Assembly (NCBI GenBank): GCA_045047305.1
Contig: JASFYO010000038.1
Location: 1 to 26,128 of the forward strand
Length of the DNA stretch: 26,128 nucleotides
Direction of reading: 5' to 3'
Origin: Planctomycetota bacterium
GTDB lineage: Bacteria; Planctomycetota; UBA1135
Shown: one piece after another, positions 17,645 to 25,421 of the stretch
Layout of the letters: every line of letters starts with the position of its first letter
How positions within the stretch are numbered: the first letter of the stretch is position 1
The notes under the pieces: generated by a model
What the model saw: the letters and a program-made list of their open reading frames with translations, nothing else
Database searches by the model: none
Told to the model about the DNA's origin: nothing
Made by a program: the position numbers and the translations under genes

Positions 17645-19822
17645 TTACTGCTCCATCGCGGCAAGGTTTTCCTCGATGCGTCGGCGTAGGGGATGCCCCT
17701 CTGGTGCCTTCTCGATAATGACTGCCAAGGCTTCACGGAAACGCGCGGCCGCTGCTGCGATATGACCGCGACTTTCCTCCAGCAAACCAAGATTGTTGAT
17801 ACTGCCCGCGATATGGGGATGATCCGCCGCTAACAAACGCCTTCGCATTGCGAGGGATTCCATAAAGCAGGCCTCCGCATCATCGAATTTCCCGAGCGCC
17901 TCCAGGCCCATGCCCAAATTATTCAAGGTGGTCGCTAGGTCAGGATGTTCCTCACCGGCATACTGTTTCTGATGAATCTTTAGTGCGCGCTCAAAAGCTT
18001 CGACCGCTGCGTCCAACTTCCCCTGCTTCATAGCCAATGCGCCAAGGTTATTCCAGGTGGCCGCTGAAGTCGGTGCATCTGGGCCTTCCAATGATTGGCG
18101 GATTGCCAGAGCTTTTTCATATTCCACCTGTGCGGCATCAAACTCGCCCATGGTGTGATGCACCAAACCGAGCGTATTCCAAGCGGAAGCCATTTCCTCG
18201 CTTTCTTGCTCCAAAAAGTTACCACGTAGCGCCAAAACTTTAAGCAGATTCACCTCAGCTTGTTCGAGCAATCCAGAACGTCGTTGCGCGACGCCGAGAT
18301 CAAAGTGAATGTCTGCAGCTAAAGCAGGATCACGTTGTGCCATCTTTGGCTCGGCATCGAGTGCTGATTGCAGAAGAGCGATAGCCTGCTCTTCATCGCC
18401 AAGATTCAGCAGCACCTTGCCTAAAGTTGCGGCCAATTCCGCACGCACCTCTGGTTCATCATCTAGGTCGGCGAACATGGAATCTAAACCACTACCGAAG
18501 AAGTCTTGCATCGACATATCGCTCAATCCCTCCGCCCATGGGTCTGGACTGCTAAAAAAATCGGTGAGGAATTGCGAAACGCGACTCGTAGTCAAGGCTT
18601 TACGCATCGCCACCTGACTGGTATGAACATAAGCTGCAAGCCCAATCACCCCTGCAAGTAGGGCAACTGCAGCGAAACTGACTGGCCATCGATTGCGTCC
18701 GACAAAACGATGCAGGCGATACCAAGCGGAATCGGGGCGTGCCAAAACCGGCTTGCCTTGTTGAAAGCGACGCAGGTCTTCCCCAAGGGAGTGTGCCGAT
18801 GCATAACGGCGGTCAGCCTGCTTGTGCATGCAGCGCAGTAGGATGGCATCTAAATCGCGCGGGAAGCGTGGGTCGCTTTGATGCAGAGATTGCGGAATGG
18901 TCTCACTCACGCGTTTGGCGATATCAAAGCGACTGAGGCCATCCAACGCATAAGGCGGCTTGCCGCCGAACATGCGATAAAACACCACGCCAAGGGAGTA
19001 AAGGTCGCTAGCAGTGCCGACGGCTTCCCCACGCGCCTGTTCCGGGCTTGCATATTCCGGCGTCATCACCGGGAAGGATGCAAGGGTCAATCCCGAATCC
19101 CCTTCTTCCGGATCCAATAGTTTCGCGATGCCAAAGTCCAGCAACTTTGGATGCCCACTTTCATCCACCAAGATGTTGCTCGGCTTCAAATCGCGGTGAA
19201 TCACCAACTGCTGGTGCGCATATTGCACCGCATCACAGATCTCAAGCGCGATGTTTAGTTTTGACCGCAGGCTCAACTTCTCTTCTTTGACATAACGCAG
19301 TAAATCGCGTCCCTGCACAAAGTCCATCACTAGATATGGAATCCCCTCTTCCGTACTGCCGCCATCCAATAATCCGCCAATGTTGGGATGATGCAGCTGC
19401 GCCAACATCTGACGTTCCTGCAAAAACCGGGTGGCAAAACTGCCGTGCTGCAATCCCTCACGCAAAAACTTAATCGCGACGACTTGGTCAAAGACTCCAT
19501 CGGCGCGCTCGGCCTTGAATACATCTCCCATGCCGCCGGATGCCAGAATCTCAATGATCCGATAGGGACCGAATTCTTCCCCCACCCGCGACGTCTTGTT
19601 GCTCAAACCTGCGACCAACTCTTCTTCGAAGTCCGGGGCCTCCAATCGCTTCCCAAGGCCGGAGTCATCCAACATAGCGGCCAAATCTCGCGCCAGGTCG
19701 GGGCGGTCAGCGCGCAAAGCCGCAACGAACTCCTCTTGCACAGCAACCTCCTGGTCGCTTGCCCATGCAAAAGCCTCCTCCAATGCTTGCCATGCATCTT
19801 GTGGAAGCCTTGGCCCGAGCAT
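17645..19822 (-). CDS. Membrane-anchored Hanks-type Ser/Thr protein kinase with C-terminal TPR repeats
   Basis: ASGGMGDV, VAIK, HRDLKPSN, DFGIAK and TPEYASPEQ; TM segment WPVSFAAVALLAGVIGLAAYV; TPRs (HPDLATTLNNLG, HPHIAGSINNLG). Confidence 0.95.
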   Translation of the reverse strand: MLGPRLPQDAWQALEEAFAWASDQEVAVQEEFVAALRADRPDLARDLAAMLDDSGLGKRLEAPDFEEELVAGLSNKTSRVGEEFGPYRIIEILASGGMGDVFKAERADGVFDQVVAIKFLREGLQHGSFATRFLQERQMLAQLHHPNIGGLLDGGSTEEGIPYLVMDFVQGRDLLRYVKEEKLSLRSKLNIALEICDAVQYAHQQLVIHRDLKPSNILVDESGHPKLLDFGIAKLLDPEEGDSGLTLASFPVMTPEYASPEQARGEAVGTASDLYSLGVVFYRMFGGKPPYALDGLSRFDIAKRVSETIPQSLHQSDPRFPRDLDAILLRCMHKQADRRYASAHSLGEDLRRFQQGKPVLARPDSAWYRLHRFVGRNRWPVSFAAVALLAGVIGLAAYVHTSQVAMRKALTTSRVSQFLTDFFSSPDPWAEGLSDMSMQDFFGSGLDSMFADLDDEPEVRAELAATLGKVLLNLGDEEQAIALLQSALDAEPKMAQRDPALAADIHFDLGVAQRRSGLLEQAEVNLLKVLALRGNFLEQESEEMASAWNTLGLVHHTMGEFDAAQVEYEKALAIRQSLEGPDAPTSAATWNNLGALAMKQGKLDAAVEAFERALKIHQKQYAGEEHPDLATTLNNLGMGLEALGKFDDAEACFMESLAMRRRLLAADHPHIAGSINNLGLLEESRGHIAAAAARFREALAVIIEKAPEGHPLRRRIEENLAAMEQ

Positions 19823-19825
19823 GGC

Positions 19826-20482
19826 TTAAATCCGCTCCATACAGTAGATGACTTCATTTGCATAACTAAGGCCCTTCTCCTTCAATCTAGGCTCAAAGCT
19901 GAGGCGGTCACGACGCTCGAGTAGTTTCACCCGGAAGTGGTCGGCGTAGTGTTCGCGGACCTCAGCTTCTTCTACCGAAAACGGAGGTCCCGTCATTTCA
20001 GCCTGTGGGTATTCAAAGGCTAAACTAAGCCCAACCGCACCCACCGGCAGAATGGAAGCCAAGTGTGCGTAATAACGTTCCCGTGTTTCTGCAGGCAATG
20101 CAACTTGCGCAGCACGATCGAACCAAGCCGTGACTCCTTCCAAATGCTGCGGTTTTAGATCGAAAAAGTTACCCAACAGAATGCAGATGCCGTCGGTGCC
20201 AAGAACAGTCACCCCATCCAACTCTTCGCTAGTTGGATTCAAATTTGCCTCGCGAAAAAAAGCGTCGACCGCCTTAGCAACCACTTCATTGCCGATCACT
20301 TGATAGCCCTGCTGCGCGAACCAATGCAAATCAAGCGTCTTGCCACACAAAGGGACGAAAACTGTCGCATCCTTCGGTGCGCCGACCTGCGGCCAAAACT
20401 CCAACATGTATTGGTTGAAATCTTTGAGATGGAAACCGATTTGTTCGGTGTCCCAGCGGCCTTCCCAAAAACTCTTTTCCAT
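19826..20482 (-). CDS. tpm: Thiopurine S-methyltransferase
   Basis: FWEGRW...IGFH, VFVPLCGKTLDLHW, DRAAQVALP...RERY, GPPFSV. Confidence 0.93.
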   Translation of the reverse strand: MEKSFWEGRWDTEQIGFHLKDFNQYMLEFWPQVGAPKDATVFVPLCGKTLDLHWFAQQGYQVIGNEVVAKAVDAFFREANLNPTSEELDGVTVLGTDGICILLGNFFDLKPQHLEGVTAWFDRAAQVALPAETRERYYAHLASILPVGAVGLSLAFEYPQAEMTGPPFSVEEAEVREHYADHFRVKLLERRDRLSFEPRLKEKGLSYANEVIYCMERI

Positions 20483-20682
20483 TAGGAACCGCCTCCGGGG
20501 CTCAACACGGTCATGCCACTGAATAGAGTGATCATCGCAAAGTTGAACAGTAGAAACAGAAGGAAGAAGATAATCGCAGCCGGAATTGCTGCGAACATGA
20601 GTTTAACCATGATGGACACCCACCTCGCGAAGGAGATGTCGATGTCGACGATGATGGTCTCGGTTGGTTTTTTAGCTGCCAA
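20482..20682 (-). CDS. Small conserved-type membrane protein translationally coupled to tpm
   Basis: IIVDIDISFARWVSIMVKLMFAAIPAAII plus a hydrophobic helix; its stop overlaps the tpm ATG (TAATG). Start TTG 20682 chosen for the upstream GAGG; the alternative start is 20703. Confidence 0.7.
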   Translation of the reverse strand: MAAKKPTETIIVDIDISFARWVSIMVKLMFAAIPAAIIFFLLFLLFNFAMITLFSGMTVLSPGGGS

Positions 20683-20913
20683 TGGAAAGTGCCTCAGCCA
20701 CAATCATAGTCGCTGAGGCACTCTTAACAGCCCGAGAAAAAAGTCATTCCGCGCCCCAGCGGGTGCTTTGGCCCCCCAACATCGTCAGCAGAACCCACCC
20801 CTATCTACGAATAGGGGCCGAACCCGCTTCCTCATTGGGAAACAAAATCACCCGCCGTGCCACGAAAGCACTTTCTTCACGGGCTTCTAAGCCAAACTGA
20901 GGGGATAGTTTGC

Positions 20914-22110
20914 TTATCGTTCGATCATCATCGCGATACCTTGACCACCACCAATGCAGGCCGACGCCATGCCGGTCGATTTTCCGCTGCGCTCCAGCTG
21001 GTGCATGAGCGTGAGCAGCAAACGCGTGCCGGTAGCACCGAGTGGGTGTCCGATAGCAACTGCGCCACCGTTGACATTGCACTTATCGCGATCCAGCTCC
21101 AGCACTTTCTCACAAGCGAGGTATTGTGCAGAGAAGGCTTCGTTGATCTCGATGTAATCGATATCGCCAAGCGCAACACCAGCCTTTTCGGCTGCCATGC
21201 GCATAGCAGGGACTGGGCCGAAACCCATCAACTCAGGCTCTACGCCTGCGGTTGCCCAAGAACGAATCTTGGCGCGGATGTTCCACCCTTCGGCCTTCGC
21301 CTTTTCCTCGGTGGTGATAATCAGCGCCGCTGCACCATCCACAATGCCGGATGCGTTTCCTGCAGTCACGGTGCCTTCCTTGCCGAATGCAGCGCGTAAC
21401 TTAGCGAGGCCTTCGAGAGTGGTTTCGGGGCGAATGTGGTCATCGGTATCGACCACGAACTCTTTGCGGCCGGCCTTCACCGTGACAGGAACGATTTCAT
21501 CGGCGAAGACACCGCTTTGCACTGCTGCCGCGCCAAGTTGATGACTGCGTAGAGCATATGCATCTTGCTGCTCGCGGGTGATGGCATACTTGGTCGCCAA
21601 GTTCTCGGCGGTTTGCGCCATGAAGAAACCGCAGTAGGGATCCTTCAGCGATTCAAACAGGGAGTCTTCCAACTGTGGGGACATGCCGAGGCGGAAACCG
21701 TCGCGTGCACCGCGTAAAACGTGCGGTGCTTGGGACATGTTTTCCATGCCGCCAGCAACCACGACATCGGCATCGCCCGCCAAAATCATGTAGGCCGCGC
21801 TCATCACCGACTGAATTCCGGAGCCGCACAAACGGTTCACGGTCAGTGCCGGCACTTCATTGGCAAGACCAGCTTTGAGACCGGCATGACGCGCGCCGTA
21901 GATGGCATCGGCCGAGGTCTGCATGGCGTTGCCCATGACCACGTGCTGCACCTGCTCCGGCTTGACTCCAGAGCGCTCCAGCGCGGCACGGATGGCATGA
22001 CCACCCAAATCGGTGGCAGTTTGAGTTTTGAATAGGCCGTATCCGGGGGTGCCGGAGAATTCAGCCATAGCGGTTCGAGCCCCGCCGACGATCACCAATT
22101 GCTTGCTCAT
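20914..22110 (-). CDS. Thiolase (acetyl-CoA C-acyltransferase)
   Basis: VNRLCGSG (catalytic Cys), GGMENMS, VTAGNASGIVDGAAA, EINEAF, NVNGGAVAIGHPLGATG and CIGGGQG. Confidence 0.96.
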   Translation of the reverse strand: MSKQLVIVGGARTAMAEFSGTPGYGLFKTQTATDLGGHAIRAALERSGVKPEQVQHVVMGNAMQTSADAIYGARHAGLKAGLANEVPALTVNRLCGSGIQSVMSAAYMILAGDADVVVAGGMENMSQAPHVLRGARDGFRLGMSPQLEDSLFESLKDPYCGFFMAQTAENLATKYAITREQQDAYALRSHQLGAAAVQSGVFADEIVPVTVKAGRKEFVVDTDDHIRPETTLEGLAKLRAAFGKEGTVTAGNASGIVDGAAALIITTEEKAKAEGWNIRAKIRSWATAGVEPELMGFGPVPAMRMAAEKAGVALGDIDYIEINEAFSAQYLACEKVLELDRDKCNVNGGAVAIGHPLGATGTRLLLTLMHQLERSGKSTGMASACIGGGQGIAMMIER

Positions 22111-22162
22111 GGGATGTTTTCGCGTTTTTTCACACCCGGAGATGGGGTGGATTTTGGCGTAG

Positions 22163-22171
22163 ATTCTAACA
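22163..22171 (-). promoter_or_regulatory. Extended -10 element (TGTTAGAAT) for the thiolase gene
   Basis: TGn-TAGAAT on the minus strand ~52 nt upstream of ATG 22110. Confidence 0.5.
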
Positions 22172-22299
22172 GAGCGTGCAAATCGAAGGAGGACGGTATT
22201 CCATCACCCAGTCACTTTACGATTGTCCTTTGACTGATAAACTCATACTCCCGCAGCAGGTTGCATTTCTGCTCCTGCCTCCCCCTTGTCCACGCCCTT

Positions 22300-23586
22300 A
22301 TGCCAAACCTGCAAATCATTTGCCTGAGCCTAGCAGCTGTAGTTCTCATCCCACCACTGAGCGCTCAAGGCAACTCCCTTCTTTATCGCCTCGATGGAGC
22401 CAATGCCGGCGATCACTTTGGCCACGCAATGGACCACCTAGCTGATTTAGACGGCGATGGCCTTGGCGATTTTGTGGTTAGCGCACCCTTTGCAAATCCA
22501 GGAGGGCTAGTCGGCGCAGGCTCAGCATTCGTCTACTCTGGCGCAACTGGGAGCTTGCTTTACACCTTCGATGGAGAGGGTGCGGGGGATGGCTTCGGCT
22601 CTTCTCTTGCCAACATTGGAGACGCCGATGGCGACGGATTCGATGACATCGCGCTGGGCGCTCCCTTCGCCGATTTCAACGGCCTACTCGACAATGGCGC
22701 TGTTTACGTTTACTCGGGCGCATCGGGTTTGCTCCTCAACCGCTTTGAAGGACAGTTCGACGATGGCCAACTAGGGCGTTCCGTCTCTTGGTTTGGCGAT
22801 GCAAACGGCGATGGGCTTCAAGATTTACTCACTGCAGAACCCAACCACTCCCCCGCCCCGCCAGCAAACCCCGATGGCAAGATTTTTGTGTTTGATGTAC
22901 TCAGCGGAACCTCGATCCATGAATACTTCGATGAGCGCCCCTTCGGTGACCCAAGTTCCTTCGGCCATCGAGTCGTAGGACTTGGCGATCTAAACGGAGA
23001 CTCCAGCCCTGACCTAGCGACAACCTACGGGCATTTCCAAGTGCAACTACACGCCACCACCATACGACGCGGCGACGATGGAAATTTCCTCATGCCCATT
23101 TGGATTGACGATTTACGTCGCCCAACCTTTACCGCCTCTTATGTAAACCTTGGCGACCTCAATGGAGATGGGGTCAATGAACTTGGACTCGCAGACTCGG
23201 ATTATGATTTCAGCCTCCCGAGTGGGGTAGTCATGGTGTTCTCGGGAATCGATGCCAGCCTTATGTACGAATGGCAAGGGGTGCTTGCAAATGATCGTTT
23301 TGGCATGGCCATGTCCTCCGCCGGCGACATCAATGGCGATGGGGTTGCGGACATTTTGTTCGGTTCTGGAGAGCGCTGGATTGCTGGAGGAACCAATACG
23401 GTCCACGCACATTCTGGAGCAGATGGGTCGCTTCTCTTTCAAATACCCGGCGCCAATGCCTTCGGCGCGGCACTCTCCAAACTAGATGATGCCGATGGCG
23501 ATGGCCTCGATGACTTCCTTGTCGGTGCACCTTTAACCCCGGTTGGCCTCAACCCAGAAGCAGGATCTATTTATGTCTACCATTAA
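22300..23586 (+). CDS. Secreted FG-GAP (integrin alpha-like) beta-propeller protein
   Basis: Signal peptide ending LSA|Q; seven FG...DxDGDG..D...GAP-type repeats (DLDGDGLGDFVVSAP, DADGDGFDDIALGAP, DADGDGLDDFLVGAP). Start ATG 22300. Confidence 0.9.
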   Translation: MPNLQIICLSLAAVVLIPPLSAQGNSLLYRLDGANAGDHFGHAMDHLADLDGDGLGDFVVSAPFANPGGLVGAGSAFVYSGATGSLLYTFDGEGAGDGFGSSLANIGDADGDGFDDIALGAPFADFNGLLDNGAVYVYSGASGLLLNRFEGQFDDGQLGRSVSWFGDANGDGLQDLLTAEPNHSPAPPANPDGKIFVFDVLSGTSIHEYFDERPFGDPSSFGHRVVGLGDLNGDSSPDLATTYGHFQVQLHATTIRRGDDGNFLMPIWIDDLRRPTFTASYVNLGDLNGDGVNELGLADSDYDFSLPSGVVMVFSGIDASLMYEWQGVLANDRFGMAMSSAGDINGDGVADILFGSGERWIAGGTNTVHAHSGADGSLLFQIPGANAFGAALSKLDDADGDGLDDFLVGAPLTPVGLNPEAGSIYVYH

Positions 23587-23599
23587 CCCTTCCATCGCC

Positions 23600-25258
23600 A
23601 TGCTGCGTAATTTAACTTTCCTCTACGTAATCCTTGGCGGATCGGCTTTTGCGCAGGCCGGAGGAGAGTCCACCATCCACTATGAATTAAATGGGAATGT
23701 GGATGATCATATTGGCACCAATTGCGCCAATCTTGGCGATCTCGATGGCGACGGTGTGGCTGATTTTGTTGTCAGCAATATCGACAATGCGGGCAACGAT
23801 GGGGACCTGCGCATCTATTCTGGCGCCACCGGCAACCTACTCTATTTCCTAGATGGTTATGAGGCTCGCAACCACACTTTGGCCGGCGGTTACGACCTAG
23901 ACGGTGACGGAGTTCCTGACTTCATGATCGGAACTTTCCGCGGTCCATTCGTAAGCGATGGCATGGTTCGTATTTTCTCTGGGAAAACTGGCGGTGTCAT
24001 GCGAACGATTGAAGGGCCTGAAATCATCAATCTCTTTGGCGGAGCCATGCTTATGGTGTCCGATTTGAATGGAGATGGAGAAGTCGACCTAGTCATCCAG
24101 GAATCGCTTGCTGACAACCTTCCTGGTGATAATGTTGGAGCGATTCACTTTTACACGAAGGAAGGAATTCGTTTCCGCACGATTTATGGGGTCGGTGATA
24201 CCGAGTTCTTTGGCAGCGCACTGGCAGACATGGGCGATATGAATGGAGATGGCACGACCGACATTCTTGTCGGAACCGAAGGGTTTGATGCGGATCGTGG
24301 TTCTGTGGATTTGTACTCGGGCGCGGATGGCGTACGCCTCATGCACCTTGTTGGTGAGGAGCAAGGGGATGGTTTTGGGCAACAGCTAGTACCTCTTGAT
24401 GACTTAAATGAGGACGGTGTACGGGATTTTGCGACCTCTGCATGGCTTAAAAATCGGCCCAACAACCCTGGGAGAAACGAAGGTTCTGTTTACGTGATCT
24501 CCGGTGCAGATGGACAAGTCTTACGCCAGCACTGGGGAAGCGTTGCTAATGAGAGCTTCGGCTATAGCATGACCGGAAGCGGCGATGTCGACGGCGATGG
24601 CTTTGCGGATTATTTGGTGGCTTCCAAGGCCGACGGCAACAACCGGTCGGGATTCGTCACGCTTTTCTCCGGGAAAACCGGCATTCCACTCGACATCTAC
24701 TCCACAACGGTGCCTGGGCTTGCGCCCGAGCAGGAACTGGGCCGTGCCATGGCTATGCTTGACGACTTTGATGCAGATGGGCGCAGAGAAGTGTTGATCT
24801 GCAATCCTGGCGGCGGCAGTGCTGCTGCAGTAGCCGGAGGGGCAGTTTTCCGGTACAGCTTCGATCCACAAATCAGCATCAGCAGCTACACCGCCTCAGC
24901 GGCCAATGGAGAAGTCCTAAGCATAGATTTAGATTTCCCGCTTTCGGCCGCGAACACAAACTACAAAATCTTAGTGTCGGCAGCGGGATATGGGCCCATT
25001 ACCTATGGGGTTCCGATTCCACTTTCCGTGGACAGCTTCGCTTCTCAGTCCTATGCGGGAATCTATCCATTTGCCGTGCATAGCAACATGCAGAGCTTGC
25101 TTGATGCCCAGGGCAATGCCACAGCTTCCGTCACCATTCCCTCCGGCTTATCTCCCAGCTTGATTGGGCAATCTTTGTATTTTGCTGCCATCGTCGAGCC
25201 CATCGGCCAACTTCCAACGATGGCATCTTCCCCATTGCCCCTCACAATTCTTCCATAA
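23600..25258 (+). CDS. Secreted FG-GAP beta-propeller protein with C-terminal beta-sandwich domain
   Basis: MLRNLTFLYVILGGSAFA|Q signal; seven DxD/NGDG repeats; ~130-aa C-terminal domain after YSFDP. Confidence 0.9.
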   Translation: MLRNLTFLYVILGGSAFAQAGGESTIHYELNGNVDDHIGTNCANLGDLDGDGVADFVVSNIDNAGNDGDLRIYSGATGNLLYFLDGYEARNHTLAGGYDLDGDGVPDFMIGTFRGPFVSDGMVRIFSGKTGGVMRTIEGPEIINLFGGAMLMVSDLNGDGEVDLVIQESLADNLPGDNVGAIHFYTKEGIRFRTIYGVGDTEFFGSALADMGDMNGDGTTDILVGTEGFDADRGSVDLYSGADGVRLMHLVGEEQGDGFGQQLVPLDDLNEDGVRDFATSAWLKNRPNNPGRNEGSVYVISGADGQVLRQHWGSVANESFGYSMTGSGDVDGDGFADYLVASKADGNNRSGFVTLFSGKTGIPLDIYSTTVPGLAPEQELGRAMAMLDDFDADGRREVLICNPGGGSAAAVAGGAVFRYSFDPQISISSYTASAANGEVLSIDLDFPLSAANTNYKILVSAAGYGPITYGVPIPLSVDSFASQSYAGIYPFAVHSNMQSLLDAQGNATASVTIPSGLSPSLIGQSLYFAAIVEPIGQLPTMASSPLPLTILP

Positions 25259-25354
25259 TCCTAAAAAGCCCTATTCTTCAGGCCTTTGAGGAGTAGGTTT
25301 AGGTGTAGATTTCGCACACTCATGGCCTAATCGATCCCAGGGTTCTCCGCCACC

Positions 25355-25370
25355 TGGCACATTTTTTGCT
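25355..25370 (+). promoter_or_regulatory. Sigma-54 (-24/-12) promoter
   Basis: TGGCAC-ATTTT-TTGCT is a perfect TGGCAC-N5-TTGC(A/T) match with GG at 25356-57 and GC at 25368-69; it is intergenic and ~50 nt upstream of ATG 25422. Confidence 0.78.
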
Positions 25371-25421
25371 AGTGTGGAAGGTGCCTTTCCGCGCAAATAA
25401 TCCCCGGAACATTCCAATAAC

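Noticed and set aside
9016..21399. Other long opposite-strand ORFs (9016-9753, 13486-14148, 14446-15015, 19388-19924, 20857-21399)
   Set aside because: Antisense shadows of confidently identified genes.
22440..24790. Recurring GAY-NNN-RAY-GGN-GAY-GGN DNA repeats
   Set aside because: Explained by FG-GAP DxDGDG protein repeats; not a CRISPR array or DNA-level repeat element.
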